A stretch of DNA of 64,000 nt, taken from assembly GCA_964247055.1 (NCBI GenBank), contig OZ176050.1, forward strand, positions 3,968,001 to 4,032,000, written 5' to 3'. Of this stretch, positions 1-13,737 are shown piece by piece. The position numbers and the translations under genes were made by a program. Origin of the DNA: Paragordius varius (taxonomy: Eukaryota; Animalia; Nematomorpha). Each line of letters starts with the position of its first letter. Within the stretch, counting starts at the first letter, position 1. The notes beneath the pieces are model-generated. The model was given only the letters and a program-made list of their open reading frames with translations. It had not been told where the DNA came from and did no database searches.

Positions 1-485
1 AGATTTTGATAATTTTGAATGGATTCAAAGGGAAATTCCGTCAGAAGGTTATTTCCTAACCATATTGTATTAATATTGGTAAGAATTTTGTCATCAAGCA
101 GTTCAAATCTCTTGATTTTATTACCATTTAAATTGAGAATTTGTAATTTTGCATTTTGACTGAATGCATGGGGTGCCACCTCAATAATATTATTATATCC
201 CAAATTTAAAGATGTTAAATTAGGGAGATTCCTTAATAAACCAACTGGAACCCGTTTAATATGGTTATGGGACATGTGTAAGCTCGTAAGGGTAGATTGT
301 GAATCCATCAAAAAATCGTTTGGAGGTGATTCAATCTTATTTGCATCCAATATTAAATGTGTTAAATTGGTACAGCCCGCAAAAACTTCTGGTTTCAGAC
401 TATCATCAGTCAATAAATTTTGAGACAAAATGATTGCGGATAAATTGGACAAATGTCTAAATACAGTTGTATTTATATATAACGT
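1..485 (-). CDS. Leucine-rich-repeat protein, downstream coding segment running off the left edge (not in ORF track)
   Basis: Hand translation of the minus strand gives 161 uninterrupted codons: ...YINTTVFRHLSNLSAIILSQNLLTDDSLKPEVFAGCTNLTHLILDANKIESPPNDFLMDSQSTLTSLHMSHNHIKRVPVGLLRNLPNLTSLNLGYNNIIEVAPHAF..., i.e. repeated LxxLxLxxN motifs. The 5' splice junction is not resolved. Confidence 0.85.
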
Positions 486-1207
486 TTAGTTTTTAGTTCA
501 TGTTATGACCGACCTTAGATAATTGAATTGATGAAGCTCTCATTCTTCTTAAAAAACAAATAGGAAAAAAGCTCAACTCAAGCGTTAAAAAAACTTAAAT
601 ATTTTTTCCTCCTTTAACTATGAAATGGTAAATTACAAATATAATGCAGACACGCATTTTAATGATAAGTCAGTCATTGGTCACTACTATGGCGATTGCA
701 ACCTTAAGTAGAAATAAAATAAATCTTTAAATTGCCAACAAATATACAAATGAAAAATCAAATAAATACAAGTTTAGAAATAACCTTGTTATGTCTTAGA
801 GTGCTTTAAAATTGCCCTATGACCATATTGATATATAATTTTTTTTATTGATGAATTTTTAAAATACACAAACAAATTTTCGTAGATTTTGTTTTTACCC
901 AGTTTGAATGTAGAAAAATTTCCTTACATTAGAATGATTTCAAAATGTTGGCACACGTTGAATCTGTTTCTTTATTCTATTTTCTTTTCTATTTTGACAT
1001 TTTTATTGAATTCCTTTTTTGTATTTAACCAAGCATTTCACTAAAACTTCCATATTTCATTGCTATCCTGCATCATTTTTAATAACTCATTCCCATAAAA
1101 TATTTTTCAAAAAAACATCATTAAATTTTGAGCTGTTTTTTATATCATAATTCAAATTATAATCCTAATTTTTTGAAAAAATCTACATATTTAAACATAA
1201 ATTCAAA

Positions 1208-3063
1208 GGATGACATCTACTGCTAAAAAACATAAATTATCCGATGAAAATCGCTTCTAAAAAAACAATGGGAATAAAAATTCTTTGTCGTTCAAAATAA
1301 AAATGTTGTTGACTGCCATATATGTAGGATAACATAATTATATAAAAATACAATATTGATACACATTTTACAATCCATTTTCGTAAATTACCCGAAAATC
1401 ATGAAGAAAGAAACGAAAAATATAAAAAGATTAAGGAATTATAGGCTAAATCTAAAATGTCCATAGCTTTTTCCCAGGAAAAAGCTTTAACATTAGCTTG
1501 GTATGAAATTTGCTATATTTAAGGAAAAAATATGAAACTGTTTACTGATTCCCAACTAATAATGTCTAATAAATTGTTGCACTTTTTTTTGATAAATTCC
1601 ATAAAGATCAAATCATAAGGCAAATTAAAAAAACTTCAACTTTCTGATTCAACATGTGCTCGGCGCATTCAAGATATGTCTAAATATATTTTTGACAATA
1701 CATTATTGGCTCTGAAAAACTGCAAATATTTTAGTATTGCTATTGATTTTAGGACTGATATTACAACACCTCAATGTGCGCTCTTTGTGAGATTTTGTAA
1801 CGACACCATGATCAACGAGGAATATTTAAAATTTTTACCAATGAATAATACCACGAAAGGAAGTTTTCTCGAATTAATTAGCACTTTTTTCGATAATATT
1901 ATGAAATTGGTGATCTGCACACATATCTGTCCCTTTATGATTGGAATAAACAAAGGATTTCCTCTTTTGAAAAACAAATATAATTTGCAAAATATTTTAT
2001 CCTTTCACTGCCTTATTCATCAGTAAAACATGGTTTCGCGTGTAAAAGATAAATCACTCAAATCAGTAATTAAAACGGTTGTAGATATGGTTAACCACAT
2101 CCGTGGCAGAGAATTTAAACCGCGTATACTCACAAACCTTCTGAAAGATATCCACAGAGAGTTTGATGATGTTCTATTGTACACCGCTGTGATTTTTTGT
2201 TTAAAGTTATGAAATTCTATTATCATAAAGATAACAGAAAAATTGATGAGGAAATTAATAAAATGGTGGGTTTTATTAGCCTACCTTTGCGACATTATTT
2301 ATCTTAGTTTTAATACAAGTCTTCAAGGGAGAAAAATAATAACCCAATTTGCTAATCAAATATAATCCAGATTTTATAAATAAACACTCCCATATTTTCC
2401 AACACTTAAAACGATTCATGAAGAAAATATAAAATTTGATTAATTTAATAATAGACAATCAAACATTTTTATTGATATGAAATTCAGATTTGAATTAAGA
2501 AATAATTTAAACTCATTTAAAATCCATGGCATGAGGATCCAATATTAAGCGATTTGAGCATTTCGGTTTTGATCAGGCGCATATGATTAAAGAATTCGTA
2601 GTTCAAAAATGATTCCAACTTGGAGGCTATATTCAAGGAGAATCGTAGAGTAGAAAGATATGTAGAGTTTTGGTAAGATGTGCCAAATAAATATGAAAAT
2701 AAAAAAATTGTGCTCAAGTTATTCTAACTGTTTTTCCCTCAACTTACACGTGTAAGACCACATATTCCTAAATGAAGTATGTTAAGAATACATACAGAAA
2801 TCTCTTAACCGATGAATATGGACAAACGTATTAAAATTGGCTTGTTATTAGTTAATATCAAAATATTTTAATTTTTTAAACTAAATGGTGCAAAACGATT
2901 TTTAGTTGGATCATGCAATACGCAAAAAAATCGTGCTGATTTAGAATATAAAGTGCATATGTGTCAAAGAGCTATGGAATATTTGCCATTAGAAGGTTCA
3001 TGGCCCTCGAGAAAAAAAATTTATTTTATTTGGCCCGTCAAATTTTTTTGGTGAGTACCACTG
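1208..3063 (+). mobile_element. Decayed hAT transposon (GTF2IRD2/EPM2AIP1/Charlie-Spin-like transposase) with intact right end
   Basis: Broken frames give AKKHKLSDENRF, FSIAIDFRTDITTPQCALFVRF, VIKTVVDMVNHIRGR and FGTSYQNSTYLS-type hAT blocks, with stops and frameshifts. Right terminus ...GGTGAGTACCACTG ends at 3063. Left terminus not found. Confidence 0.8.
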
Positions 3064-3108
3064 CTTTAAATTAAATAAAAAGGCAATATTTTAACATTTA
3101 CATCATAC

Positions 3109-4022
3109 CTATTCCTTGTTACCGCTGTTTTGCAAAACGATGGAAGAGTAGTTAAATGATTATTGTCTAAGTCTAAATTTTGTAAATCCTTAAAATTGGA
3201 TGTAAAATTCATAGCGACTTTCTCTAGACCAGATGATAGGACTAATTTCTTAACATTTATCAAAAATCTAAATGCTTCGTCATTGATATCGTTGAGGTGA
3301 TTTGAATATATGGATAATATTTGTATGCTAGTAAGATTGCTGATTTCGGGTGGAATATGGGATACTTTACTTTGAAGGACAAACCTTTTTAATTTCGGTA
3401 AATTGAGATGATCTCCATGTACATACATTACATGAGGTATTTCAAGCTGCAAATCCTTCAATTCACTGAAATTATTCAAATATCCGATATCAAAATGGAG
3501 TAAATCTGGAAAGTATAAGATAATTTTTTTAAGTTTTTTGAGTTGAGTCATGGCTTTTAAAATCAATTTTATGCTATCCGTGTGCATAACTGAGGTCGCA
3601 GTATCATCCATAACAACTAATTCTTGGAGATCAGCACTTATAGAATCAAACGCAGTCTCAGACATTTGTCGAATGGATGTGTACAAAAATTCCAAGCCCA
3701 CAATTTTAACATTGGTGTCAGGTAATTTGATGGCGTTAATGCTATCAAACTTGGAATTTAAAATCCAAAACTTAATGGGTATATCTCTGTGTTTAGGTGT
3801 ATCAAAAGCCTTGATTACCGTGTGAATGTGTTCCATGTGAAATACGCTTTGGCAATAAACGAGGTAGACGTTCGTTGATTCTAACCTACAAGTACAATCG
3901 ACATTCCTGGGTAAAGTTGGGCATCCTGCCGATTTTTTTGATGATTCATAAACAGCGAATAAATTTACAATTATAATTGAGATTATTAATAGTATAGCTG
4001 TATAATTATTTTGATATAACAT
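3109..4022 (-). CDS. Secreted/cell-surface LRR protein, first coding exon (signal peptide, Cys-rich LRR N-cap, LRRs)
   Basis: ORF 3066..4022 has a hydrophobic N-terminus (AILLIISIIIVNLFAV), a CPTLPRNVDCTC cap and LRRs (LTSIQILSIYSNHL, LQNLDLDNNHL). A probable donor AG|gtatga at 3108 precedes the hAT end, so the ORF's last codons are likely intronic. Confidence 0.85.
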
Positions 4023-5289
4023 ATTACTTTTTTTACAAAGAAAAAATGATAAAATGATTGATAAAATAATAATTTATTTCTTTATATTATCTCAAAGATT
4101 ATATGATAATTTATTTACGCACTTAATATGAAAAATTTCTATAATATGCCCTAAAACTCAAATGTTCCAAGAATTTGCTTGATGTCTATTGTCTCAACTT
4201 TCGTGGATATATTACGTAATAACTTTTTATACGAAATGCGTTTTATTTTCTTTTAATATTTTTTGTATATAAATATATTCATTGAATAATGAATCAGCAA
4301 AATGTGTTTATCATCAATTCTAATTATAATTATAATTTTTTAAAGTTACTATGTCAAATAGAGTAGTATATAATTTTATTCAATCTGTTTAAAATCGTTA
4401 AGGTTAAAAATTGGGAAAATATTTTGTTGCGATAATAATTGGTATTTTCCCACTAAACTCCACTATATGTATTTCTGTTTTTACGAAACTGAAATTATTA
4501 TAATTTTATTATTGTATATTTGCCCTTGGTCAAACGGTATTAAAAAGATATATTCATTAATTTTCACCTCTATTGTTATCTTTTGAGAGTATCTTTAATT
4601 GTATTTTGGATATTGTGATGCTACATAATGCTGTTTTGGATAATATATTAATTTTTTTGCCAGATCATTTTAATTTATAAATGATTTTTAGAGTAGTAAA
4701 AAATTATGAAACTCAACGATCAAAAACAGCTTGCCTGTTATATAAGAATAAAAATTAAATAGATTAAATAAAGGGCGTTGAAATTAAAATGGAAAAATAT
4801 TTTTTTAAAAATAACAAATCTAAGTTATTTGATTTATAACTTATATATTTAGTTAAGGGTTTTGTAGTCCCGAAGTCAAAAAAATTAATTAATTTCATTG
4901 TTGCTAAAATATAAAGATGAAACCTTATACCTTGAAATCGCGATATTCTATTCAATATTTTTATCAAACATTAGCCTTATTCAATTTTGTAACTAATATA
5001 AATTAAAAACATAAATTAATCATATTCATTTAAAACAGCTGATAATCCATAATCTACAAAAAGTTAAAGAAAATATAATGGCTAAAAGTTCGAGATGAAA
5101 GATATTTTAGTTATAAATAGCTTAAAAAACCATTGAAGTATTTTTTGTCCAATATTTTTGCTATTATTAAATTTAAAATAAAAACTACCCAGGGGGTAGA
5201 AAAATTACTTGATAATTCATTTGCACTAAATTTTCATCAAAGCACCCTTTAAAACATCAATATATCCAATAATATTAATTTTTGAGTCA

Positions 5290-7114
5290 AATGCACAACC
5301 CTAATGGTGGGGCATATTTCAGGGCGTGAAGGGCCTAATTATCGGCTAATTTAAAAACATCGCACAATCTAAATTTTTTGCCTTGTTACGGGTAATATTT
5401 TCAATAGCTATTGCTCATATTGTAAATCTGAAATTTAGCCCCAAAGGCACGCTATTTTGATGGAGGGGTCAGTTTTTAGCAGGTATCTTCTTACCAGCAA
5501 CTATCATCAAAGAAACGCTTGACTAAAATATCTGCCTTTAAGAGGGGATACTTTGGATTATTGAATACAGTCTTATACTTTGGGCGAAAAACAAATTTAA
5601 AAAATTTTTTTTGTGGAGGGAGCGGGTAAAAAGAGGGACCAAATAAAAAAAGGGTTAAAGGCCCAAAATTGACGGCTAACGGAAAAAACCGCCTATAATT
5701 TTTACCTTTTTAAGGGTAATTTGCCTTTATTGAACTCTGGCCTCTTAAGTTATTTAAAAATTAACTCCAACCCGGTAGACCCCTACCCATAATGGGTTAG
5801 TCAAAAAATTACTTTAACACTAAATAATCGTTATATGATGGCGTATTTTTAGGGCGTAAAGGCCCCAAAATAACGGCTAATAAAAAACGCCTGACCTTAA
5901 TTTTTACCTAGTTAGGGTAATATTTCGAACTTTAAATGAGCTCATATGGTATAATTAAATTGATTCCAAAACAACGCAATTTCCATATAGTGGCACAGTT
6001 TTAGCGGGTAGCTTCTTACCCAGAGGCAGGTATAAAAAAGCGTTGGGAAATTTTTTTGTCTTTATATGGGGAATATCTAGAATTATATTGTCCATATTTT
6101 CCTATAAGTTCTTGGAAATATTCCTTCAAAAACAAATTGTTTGCGGCGAATTTTTCAAGGCGTAAAACTTTTCTTAACGACTCATTGAAATAACCCCCTA
6201 CACTACTAAAATATTTGTTTTAAGGGATAATAAATATTTCAAGCCTAAAACTTATATGGAATATTAGCTCCTAATAACGCAATTTTGATATAATGGTGCA
6301 GTTATAGGCGGGTAGTTCCCTACCCAGAGGCTGATATAAAAAAGCGCTTGCTGAAAATTTGCCTTTTTCCGGAGAATACCTGAAATTATGATTGATTCCA
6401 TATACTCTCATTAGTTTTCGGAAAAATAGCCTCAAAATTAAAAAATTATTCTATGGTGGCGCATTTTTCAGGCTGTAAAGGGCCTACTTAACCGCTAATT
6501 TAAAAAATCCGCTCAACTTAGATTTTTGTCTTTTTACGAGTAATATTTTAAGCAGCTATTGAACTCATATGGTCTGATGGGTTTACTGAAATTTAGCCCC
6601 ACGCTATTTCGATATGACGGGTCAGTTTTTAGCGGGTATCCCCTATACCCAATTGCTACCATCAAAGAAACGCTTGGCTAAAATTTTTTCCTTTTAACAG
6701 GGAATACCTGGAATCCTTTTCAAATTTTTACCGTCTCATACTTTGGGCGAAAAATAGATTCAAAAAATGATTTTTGTGGACTTAATTTTTTTGAAAAATA
6801 TGGCATTTTAAGGGGAAGTCGGTAAAAAAGGGGCTAAATCAAAAAAGTTAGTAGACTATGTTCGGCGCGATCGAAAATAAGTAAACAAAAATCATATTCG
6901 AAATTGAATGGTCCAACACGTTATCCGGAAAATTGTTTCAACCAGTTTTTTACACGGGGTGGGCCCCAACTGGGGGCCTACAAAAAAGGGCTAAGCTATT
7001 GTCGGGGCATTTATTAATGATTTTATTTTTTCGATATTTGGATTTGAATGGGTCCACCGATTTTCCGGAAACAGATCACAAAGCCAGAATTTTCCATTTG
7101 TATAAATATATAGA
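5290..7114 (-). mobile_element. Long non-autonomous Helitron-family copy with internal ~300-520 bp degenerate repeats; 3' end not found
   Basis: 5' end A|TCTATATATTTATACAAATGGAAAATTCTGGC on the minus strand at 7114, matching the other copies. Motifs such as GCGGGTAG..TTACCC and GGCG..TTTT.AGGGCGTAAAGG recur four times (~5480, 6005, 6308, 6632). Left boundary approximate. Confidence 0.7.
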
Positions 7115-7614
7115 TGATACATTCATTTTATCGCAAACAATCCAGCACACCCTTTAATTTAAAGTTTAACTTTAACTGAATTGAAAAAGTATATTTTGGA
7201 AAGAATATTTGTAAATTAATTTTCACATTCTGCTATATAGTGTTTTTTACCTTTAATATTCTGAGCCAAAGATTTAAATTTTATCAAGATTCGATCTCAT
7301 TTTCCTCCCATCATATTAAATTAATTATACCCTTTTTATACCTTTACCTATTATATGAACATTCTAATGTATAGATGGCAGGCTCTGAAAACTTATTTAT
7401 TAGGTACAGCAAATATATTTTATAGAATTATAATATAATAATTTGGATATATTAAGGGCACTTCAACTATGATAGGGCATTAAATCATTTTTTGATTTTA
7501 AACCATTCAATCATATTTATAAAACAATCATAATCCACTTTTGGTTCTTCCAATCGATGACCAGAAGGATAGATAAGGGCCCTAAAACAATGTAAAATTA
7601 AATGTTAGATATTT

Positions 7615-8280
7615 AAACATGCTATAACTTCAAGATTGTCCTTAAAAACTTCAAGTTGGTCTAACATTTCAAGTTAATTATTGAGCATTTCTGGTTGAAC
7701 ACTTCAAGTAGTACACATCAAGTTGCTCCTTAAACAATTCAAGTTGGTCATTAAACACTTCGAATTCGTCCTTAAATAATTCAAGTTGGTCCATGAACAC
7801 TTATGGTTAGCTCTTGAACACTTCAAGTTGGTCCTTAAAATTTCCAATTTTAATTTTAACCATAATTTTTGAATGTGTTTTATTATATTTTTACCAAATT
7901 CTATTGAATTCTTATATATTTATTAATTATAACATTTTTCACATAAAATCACTTTGTTTCGAACTATATTTTTCCAATGCAACAAAATTATTAATTTATG
8001 AATGTTTTTATGATAATTTGATGTTAATAACCCAAAAAACTCATATAGTTTTAAATTACGTGTTTAAATATCTTATATATATCTAGAATAATTTAAAAAT
8101 ATTAAATATATACGATTTCTGAATGAAAAGTTAATATTTATTTAAAATTTATTTTATATAAAAAAAAATAGGTTATCGATGAATGTACGATTTGATTGAT
8201 AAAATTTAAAAACAAAACAAAATAGTTAAAGGACAAAGTGAAGTGTTCAAGGACACTTTTGAGGTGATAGTAAATTATAG
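7615..8280. repeat. Foldback-like element, 21-bp repeat family B (TTRAACACTTCAAGTTGGTCC)
   Basis: About ten degenerate 21-mers at 7620-7830, an inverted unit near 8230-8260, and an AT-rich body shared with 25310-25860. Confidence 0.55.
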
Positions 8281-9177
8281 TTATAACCACAATTAAATAA
8301 TGATAATAAATTCCATTTATTTTCCCTTAGATTAAAATGGATTTTTATTATAGAAAACCGTATTGACAAACAAATCTACAGTATAAAAATTATATTAAAT
8401 ATATAGGAAGGACATGGTTAATTCGAAATCGCTCCTTATTAATATGTTATAGCAACCTAAAAATATCCTTGAAAGTAGTATAGAAGCAAAAAAAATTTGA
8501 TTTTGATAATAACACAGCTAAAACCTACCACCACAATTCTACATTAGTATAATAAATATCGATGATAATTAAAAAATATTTTCTTTTTGCCTAATTAATT
8601 TTAGAAGAAAATCTAAAATAGAATTTTTAGTATCAAAATGATAGAAAAATGGTAGTCTGGACCTTGCTTGGACTTCAGAAACTATAAATCATCGTAATTC
8701 AAAAGTCATTAATCAATTTTTTATAAGTAGTTCGTAAATCAACATAGGCTTTACAACTTAAAACTAATTATGCTCGATGATCAATATCATAATAATTAAT
8801 GATAAAAAAATTTGTTTTGCTTTATAGTATATAACATATTTTTAACTTTATAACTAAATATATAATTTTTTTAAATTTTCCTCAGAATGAATACATTATT
8901 GATAAATTGAGTCTTTAGATATTATTTTCAATAAATTGTTGGTTTTTTCAACAACCTATAAAATCAAATTTTAGCAAGAATTATTTACTCTACCCAATGT
9001 TATTAGATTCCCATTTAAATTTCATAATGTATTCAATATACACTTTTAGACTTAGATTAAAAATTGAAATTATACTAAGGACAAAAGATAAAAATATAAA
9101 GACGAATATTTTTCAAAAAACAACCATACTATTTTAAACCTTAATTTTCCCATTTAAATTAATAAATTATAATTTTG

Positions 9178-9212
<35 letters not shown>

Positions 9213-9397
9213 ATTGATTGTGTAACCAATATACATCTCTATTTCATTTATATATTGCATTTTTGACAATTTAAGTTTAATAAAAAGAGCGTTTTGTATG
9301 GTAGAAAAAAATATTTGTTTTGTCCTTTTGCATATAATTCCAATTTTTATTGTATTTGATTTGATTTAATTACAGATAGAATATTCATTAATTTTAC

Positions 9398-12300
9398 TTT
9401 GTGTTTATTTTAGCTTCTTTAAGCTTTCGATAAAGACGAATGGATTGTGAATGGGGAACACGAACATCCCTATCACCCAATAGAAAAAGGATAGGACTTT
9501 TGATCTAAAAGAAATACACAACCATAAAACAAATTAAAAATAAATTTTATTTTTTATTTCAAAATATTATTTTAACTCAATAAAATCATTGAAATGAACT
9601 ACTAACCTTATGGGCATACGTTATGGGTGATTTTGCCAACATAGATGTAAAACCAGTTATCATAATATTTAGATCGTTATCGAACGTTTCATCAATGCCA
9701 CATTCAACACAGCACCTATTGGGGTATAGAGCTATAAAATAACTTGCTCACCCTTTAAACAATTCGAATTCACCCTTGAAAGAAAATAATGTGTTTTTTA
9801 AGATTAAAAATTACCTATTTTTTTTACTTGAACAATTTAAATTAAAATTTAAAATCACCCTCGAAAAGAAATTACGTGTTTTTCAAAATTAATATTACCT
9901 ATATTTTTTTATATTTTTAAAAAATAAAATTACGTTTAAAATTAATATAAAACTAAAAACATAAAAATAAACTATGCCATAAGAATATATGTCTTATTAA
10001 TGATATGAGTTAGCACGAAAACACAAAATCTATTTTTATTAGCATGAAAACCTTATAATTTATAGGTGAATTAAAATCTTAAATAATATATATAAGTATA
10101 TATCCAAATTTATAGCAAAATATATATTATAATAAAGGTTAAAGAATAATTTTTAACTATAACTAGGTATGTTATTAATTTATATAATGCAAACTTGTTC
10201 TATAGCTCTAATCAAGGATAAATAAATAAATTAATGGTGATCTAGGGTTTTCAGTTTCTTTTATAACGATATTTTATGGTATAATCAAACAATATAAATT
10301 TGGCACCACGTATGAATTATTAATTATTATGTTGTCCTATTACCACAGTGATGAAAATGAAAACGAATACTATGTATACCAATAAAAAGCAGTTATAGGA
10401 TTAATTAAAAATTCTTGAAAAAAAACTAGTAAATCTAATTAAGTGGGTATAAATATATTCAAAGTTGTGATTATTTTATATGATAATAAAAAATGATAAT
10501 CTGTGTTGTTTTTGCTATAAAACATAGGTTCATATTGATGTTAGTGTGTTATCCATCAGCTCTGTTAAGTTGAGCATTATTCGTTTTAATTTCAAATGCT
10601 CCCAAAATCAATCTTTTGAAGGGGTTGTTGATATTGTGTAATTTTAATTATTTGGTGACTCTTGTCGAAGTGTTCTGCTAGGCCAAAATTAGGTTTGTTG
10701 TGCTTGATATATTGTGTTGATGTTCTCATAATCTAATATTGATGGATCTGCTTGTCTCGCCTACGTAAACTTCATTGCAAGAGCAAGTAGCCTTATATAC
10801 GGGGTATTTTGTCTCAAGGAATAGAATCTTTAACTTTTGTAATTTTTTATTAGATACTGACCGAATACTTCTAAATTTATTTAAGATTTTGCCAATTTTG
10901 GGGTAACATTTTCCATGTAAGGTAAAATGGGTGTAGCCACAAATGTATTATCATTTTTACGTGTTGTTTTATTAAATGTATTTTATCAAAAGATCTTTTG
11001 AGTAACCATTAAATTTAAATGAATTTTTAGGTCTTATTGCTTTCAGTCCAGGTTGGATCACATATATTGTAAGAGCGTTTTTAATAATATGTTAATTACT
11101 GAATGTTTTTGGGTTATATAGTGAAATGTCTCTTCAGCATTCCTCCCTTCAATTTGGCTCAGATATGGTGATGACATTGAAACCAACAAGCTATGTGAAA
11201 ATTATTAATTTTATAAATCAAATACATACTAATATAAAATTTACTATGGATTCCGACTCTAACTGTATTTCTACTAGTGACTATATCCAATGTAAAGCTC
11301 AACCATATAGGTACCATCTCTACCTAAACGTAAATTCACATCACTATCTACCCCAAAAACATTCAGTAATTAACACATTAAAATGAGCTTACAATACATG
11401 TAATCCAACCTAGACTCAACTCTGAAATCAATAAGACTTAAAATTCATTTGAACATAATAATTAATTAAAAAATCTTTTAGGATAAAATTCATATAATAA
11501 AACGACACATAAAAATGATAATACAATTGTGGCGACAGCATTTATCTTACATGCAAAATGTTACCCCCAAAAATGGCAAAATCTTAAATATATTTAATAT
11601 TTGGGGTAAGTATCTAATAAAAAATTACAAAAGTTAAAGATTCTATTCTTTGAGACAAAATACCCCGTATATAAGGCTACTTGCTCTTGCAATGAAATTT
11701 ACGTAGGCGAGACAAGTAGATACATCAATATTAGTGAGAGAACATCAATAAAGTATATCAAGCACAACAAACCTAATTCTGGCCTAGCAAAACACGTGCT
11801 CTGCATCGAAGGTAACCAAATAATTAAAACCGATCAATGTATTACACAATATCTACAACCGCCTTCAAAAATTAATTTTAGAAGCAATTGATATTAAAAA
11901 GAATAATGCTTAACTTAACAGAGCTGATGAATATAATATATCATCAATATGGACTTATAAGTTCTGTAGCACAATAACAACTTAAATAATCAATTTTTAT
12001 TATTTATCTAATATTTTCATAACTTTGAACAAACCATTTACACCCACTTAATTAGATATACTTTTTTCAAGAACTTTTAATTAATCCTATACTTGCTCCT
12101 TTTTGGTATTTATATAGTAGTTAGTTTTCATTTTCATCACTGTGGTGATCAAGATCATATTAACATGATTAAAATATAAGTTTTATTAATAAATATTTTA
12201 TTTGTTTCTTAATTAAAAATTCATACGTCTGCTAAATTTATATTGTTTTATAATTATTCTGAATCTCACGGATGAAATCACTAAATTTTAATATTTTAGC

Positions 12301-13697
12301 ATAACTGAGCCTAAAATTAAAAGTATACATTCAAGAGTTGTTATATGTTTCGGGCAAATTAGACCAACTAAAATGGAAAAAATAGAACTTAAAGGAAAAT
12401 TGTTGTAAAATATAGCTTAGAAAAATTATTGCAAAATTATATGATCAAATAAAATTCCTTCTTTTTCTTGGCAAAAAAATTATAAAATTATTACAAGTAT
12501 TAATAATTTATCAGAGTTAATTTGTTTAACATAATTTATATTGTCGGTATTTAATTAAGTAATGATGGAAAAATCCTAGTGTTAAAAACTACACCTTATC
12601 AATATATATTCAAAAACATTTTATAAATCAAAACATTTTCCTTGTTAGCTCATTACTGGTAAAAGTTATTATATAAAATAGTTAAATTCATTCATAAATA
12701 AAGTTTTAAAATATAAATTATATTATTATCAGCGAAAATTAAATTTATACAGACAAAAAGTAAAAATATAAAAACCAATATTTTTTGTGAAGAAAATTAC
12801 AATGATATTTTTAGAATCTTGATTGATTTAAATAAAAGTAACTCATTCATTGTTTCTGAATGCAATTTATAAATTAAGATGTATATTAGTACCATATCAA
12901 TCAATTATACATATAATTTACAAATGTTATGTAAAAATTATAGTTTAAAATAGTATTGTTGGTTGTCTTATGAAAAAAAATATTAGTTTTTATTTTTGCG
13001 TTTTGTCTGTATAATTTAAGTTTTTACTGTAATATAAAAATTGAAAAAAAAAACCATTCAGGGATATCAGATGTCGCCCAAAGAAGTGGCATATCTATAA
13101 CAGGATTGCGACAACATATGGCTTCATAGAAATCCTAAAAAGAAAAAAGAGTACGTATAAATCATGCATTTTTTAAATATCACAATGTTTAACATGACTT
13201 TTTTAAACTATTCAAACAAATATAAGGGCATAAAAGCGTTTCTATTATTCCCATTTCTCAACGTAATAAACCAAATTTGAAATTTTGATTCATATTTATG
13301 GTTATAGAGCAAAAAAAAGATTATTTAGGTTAAAATAACAAAGAATTAATATATAATAAAAAACTGGATATTGCGCAGCTAACATGCAGACAATATAGCC
13401 GCCATGAGAGCCTCCGTAAGCATAAATCTTGTCTTTCTCAGTTATTTTACATTTTTTTTCTTTCTTCACATAATGTTTAATTGAATTCTGCAAGAATAAA
13501 TAAAGAAAATTGAGATCTAAGTAGATAGGTAGGTAGGTAGGTAGATAATTACAATACAAATTATTGAAATTTATGGACATAACATATTTTTCTCATTTTT
13601 TAAAAAAAAGAAACCATACTTTTCCAATTCAACCTTGATTTTTCCTCGCTATAAGCTATTCAATTACAATGGTAAAATATCAAATTAAATGTTTTAG

Positions 13698-13737
<40 letters not shown>

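Noticed and set aside
3550-3825. Antisense ORFs over real genes (also 26515, 39748, 53501, 53826)
   Set aside because: They are shadows of the coding strand with no independent motifs.
7100-7157. YIDDTFI as a reverse-transcriptase YxDD motif
   Set aside because: YID is supplied by the Helitron terminus (TATATAGA). No flanking RT sequence continues it.
10340-10365. Hammerhead ribozyme in the Penelope 3' region (GTGATGA..GAAA)
   Set aside because: The core lacks C3, there is no stem II, and it is antisense to the element.
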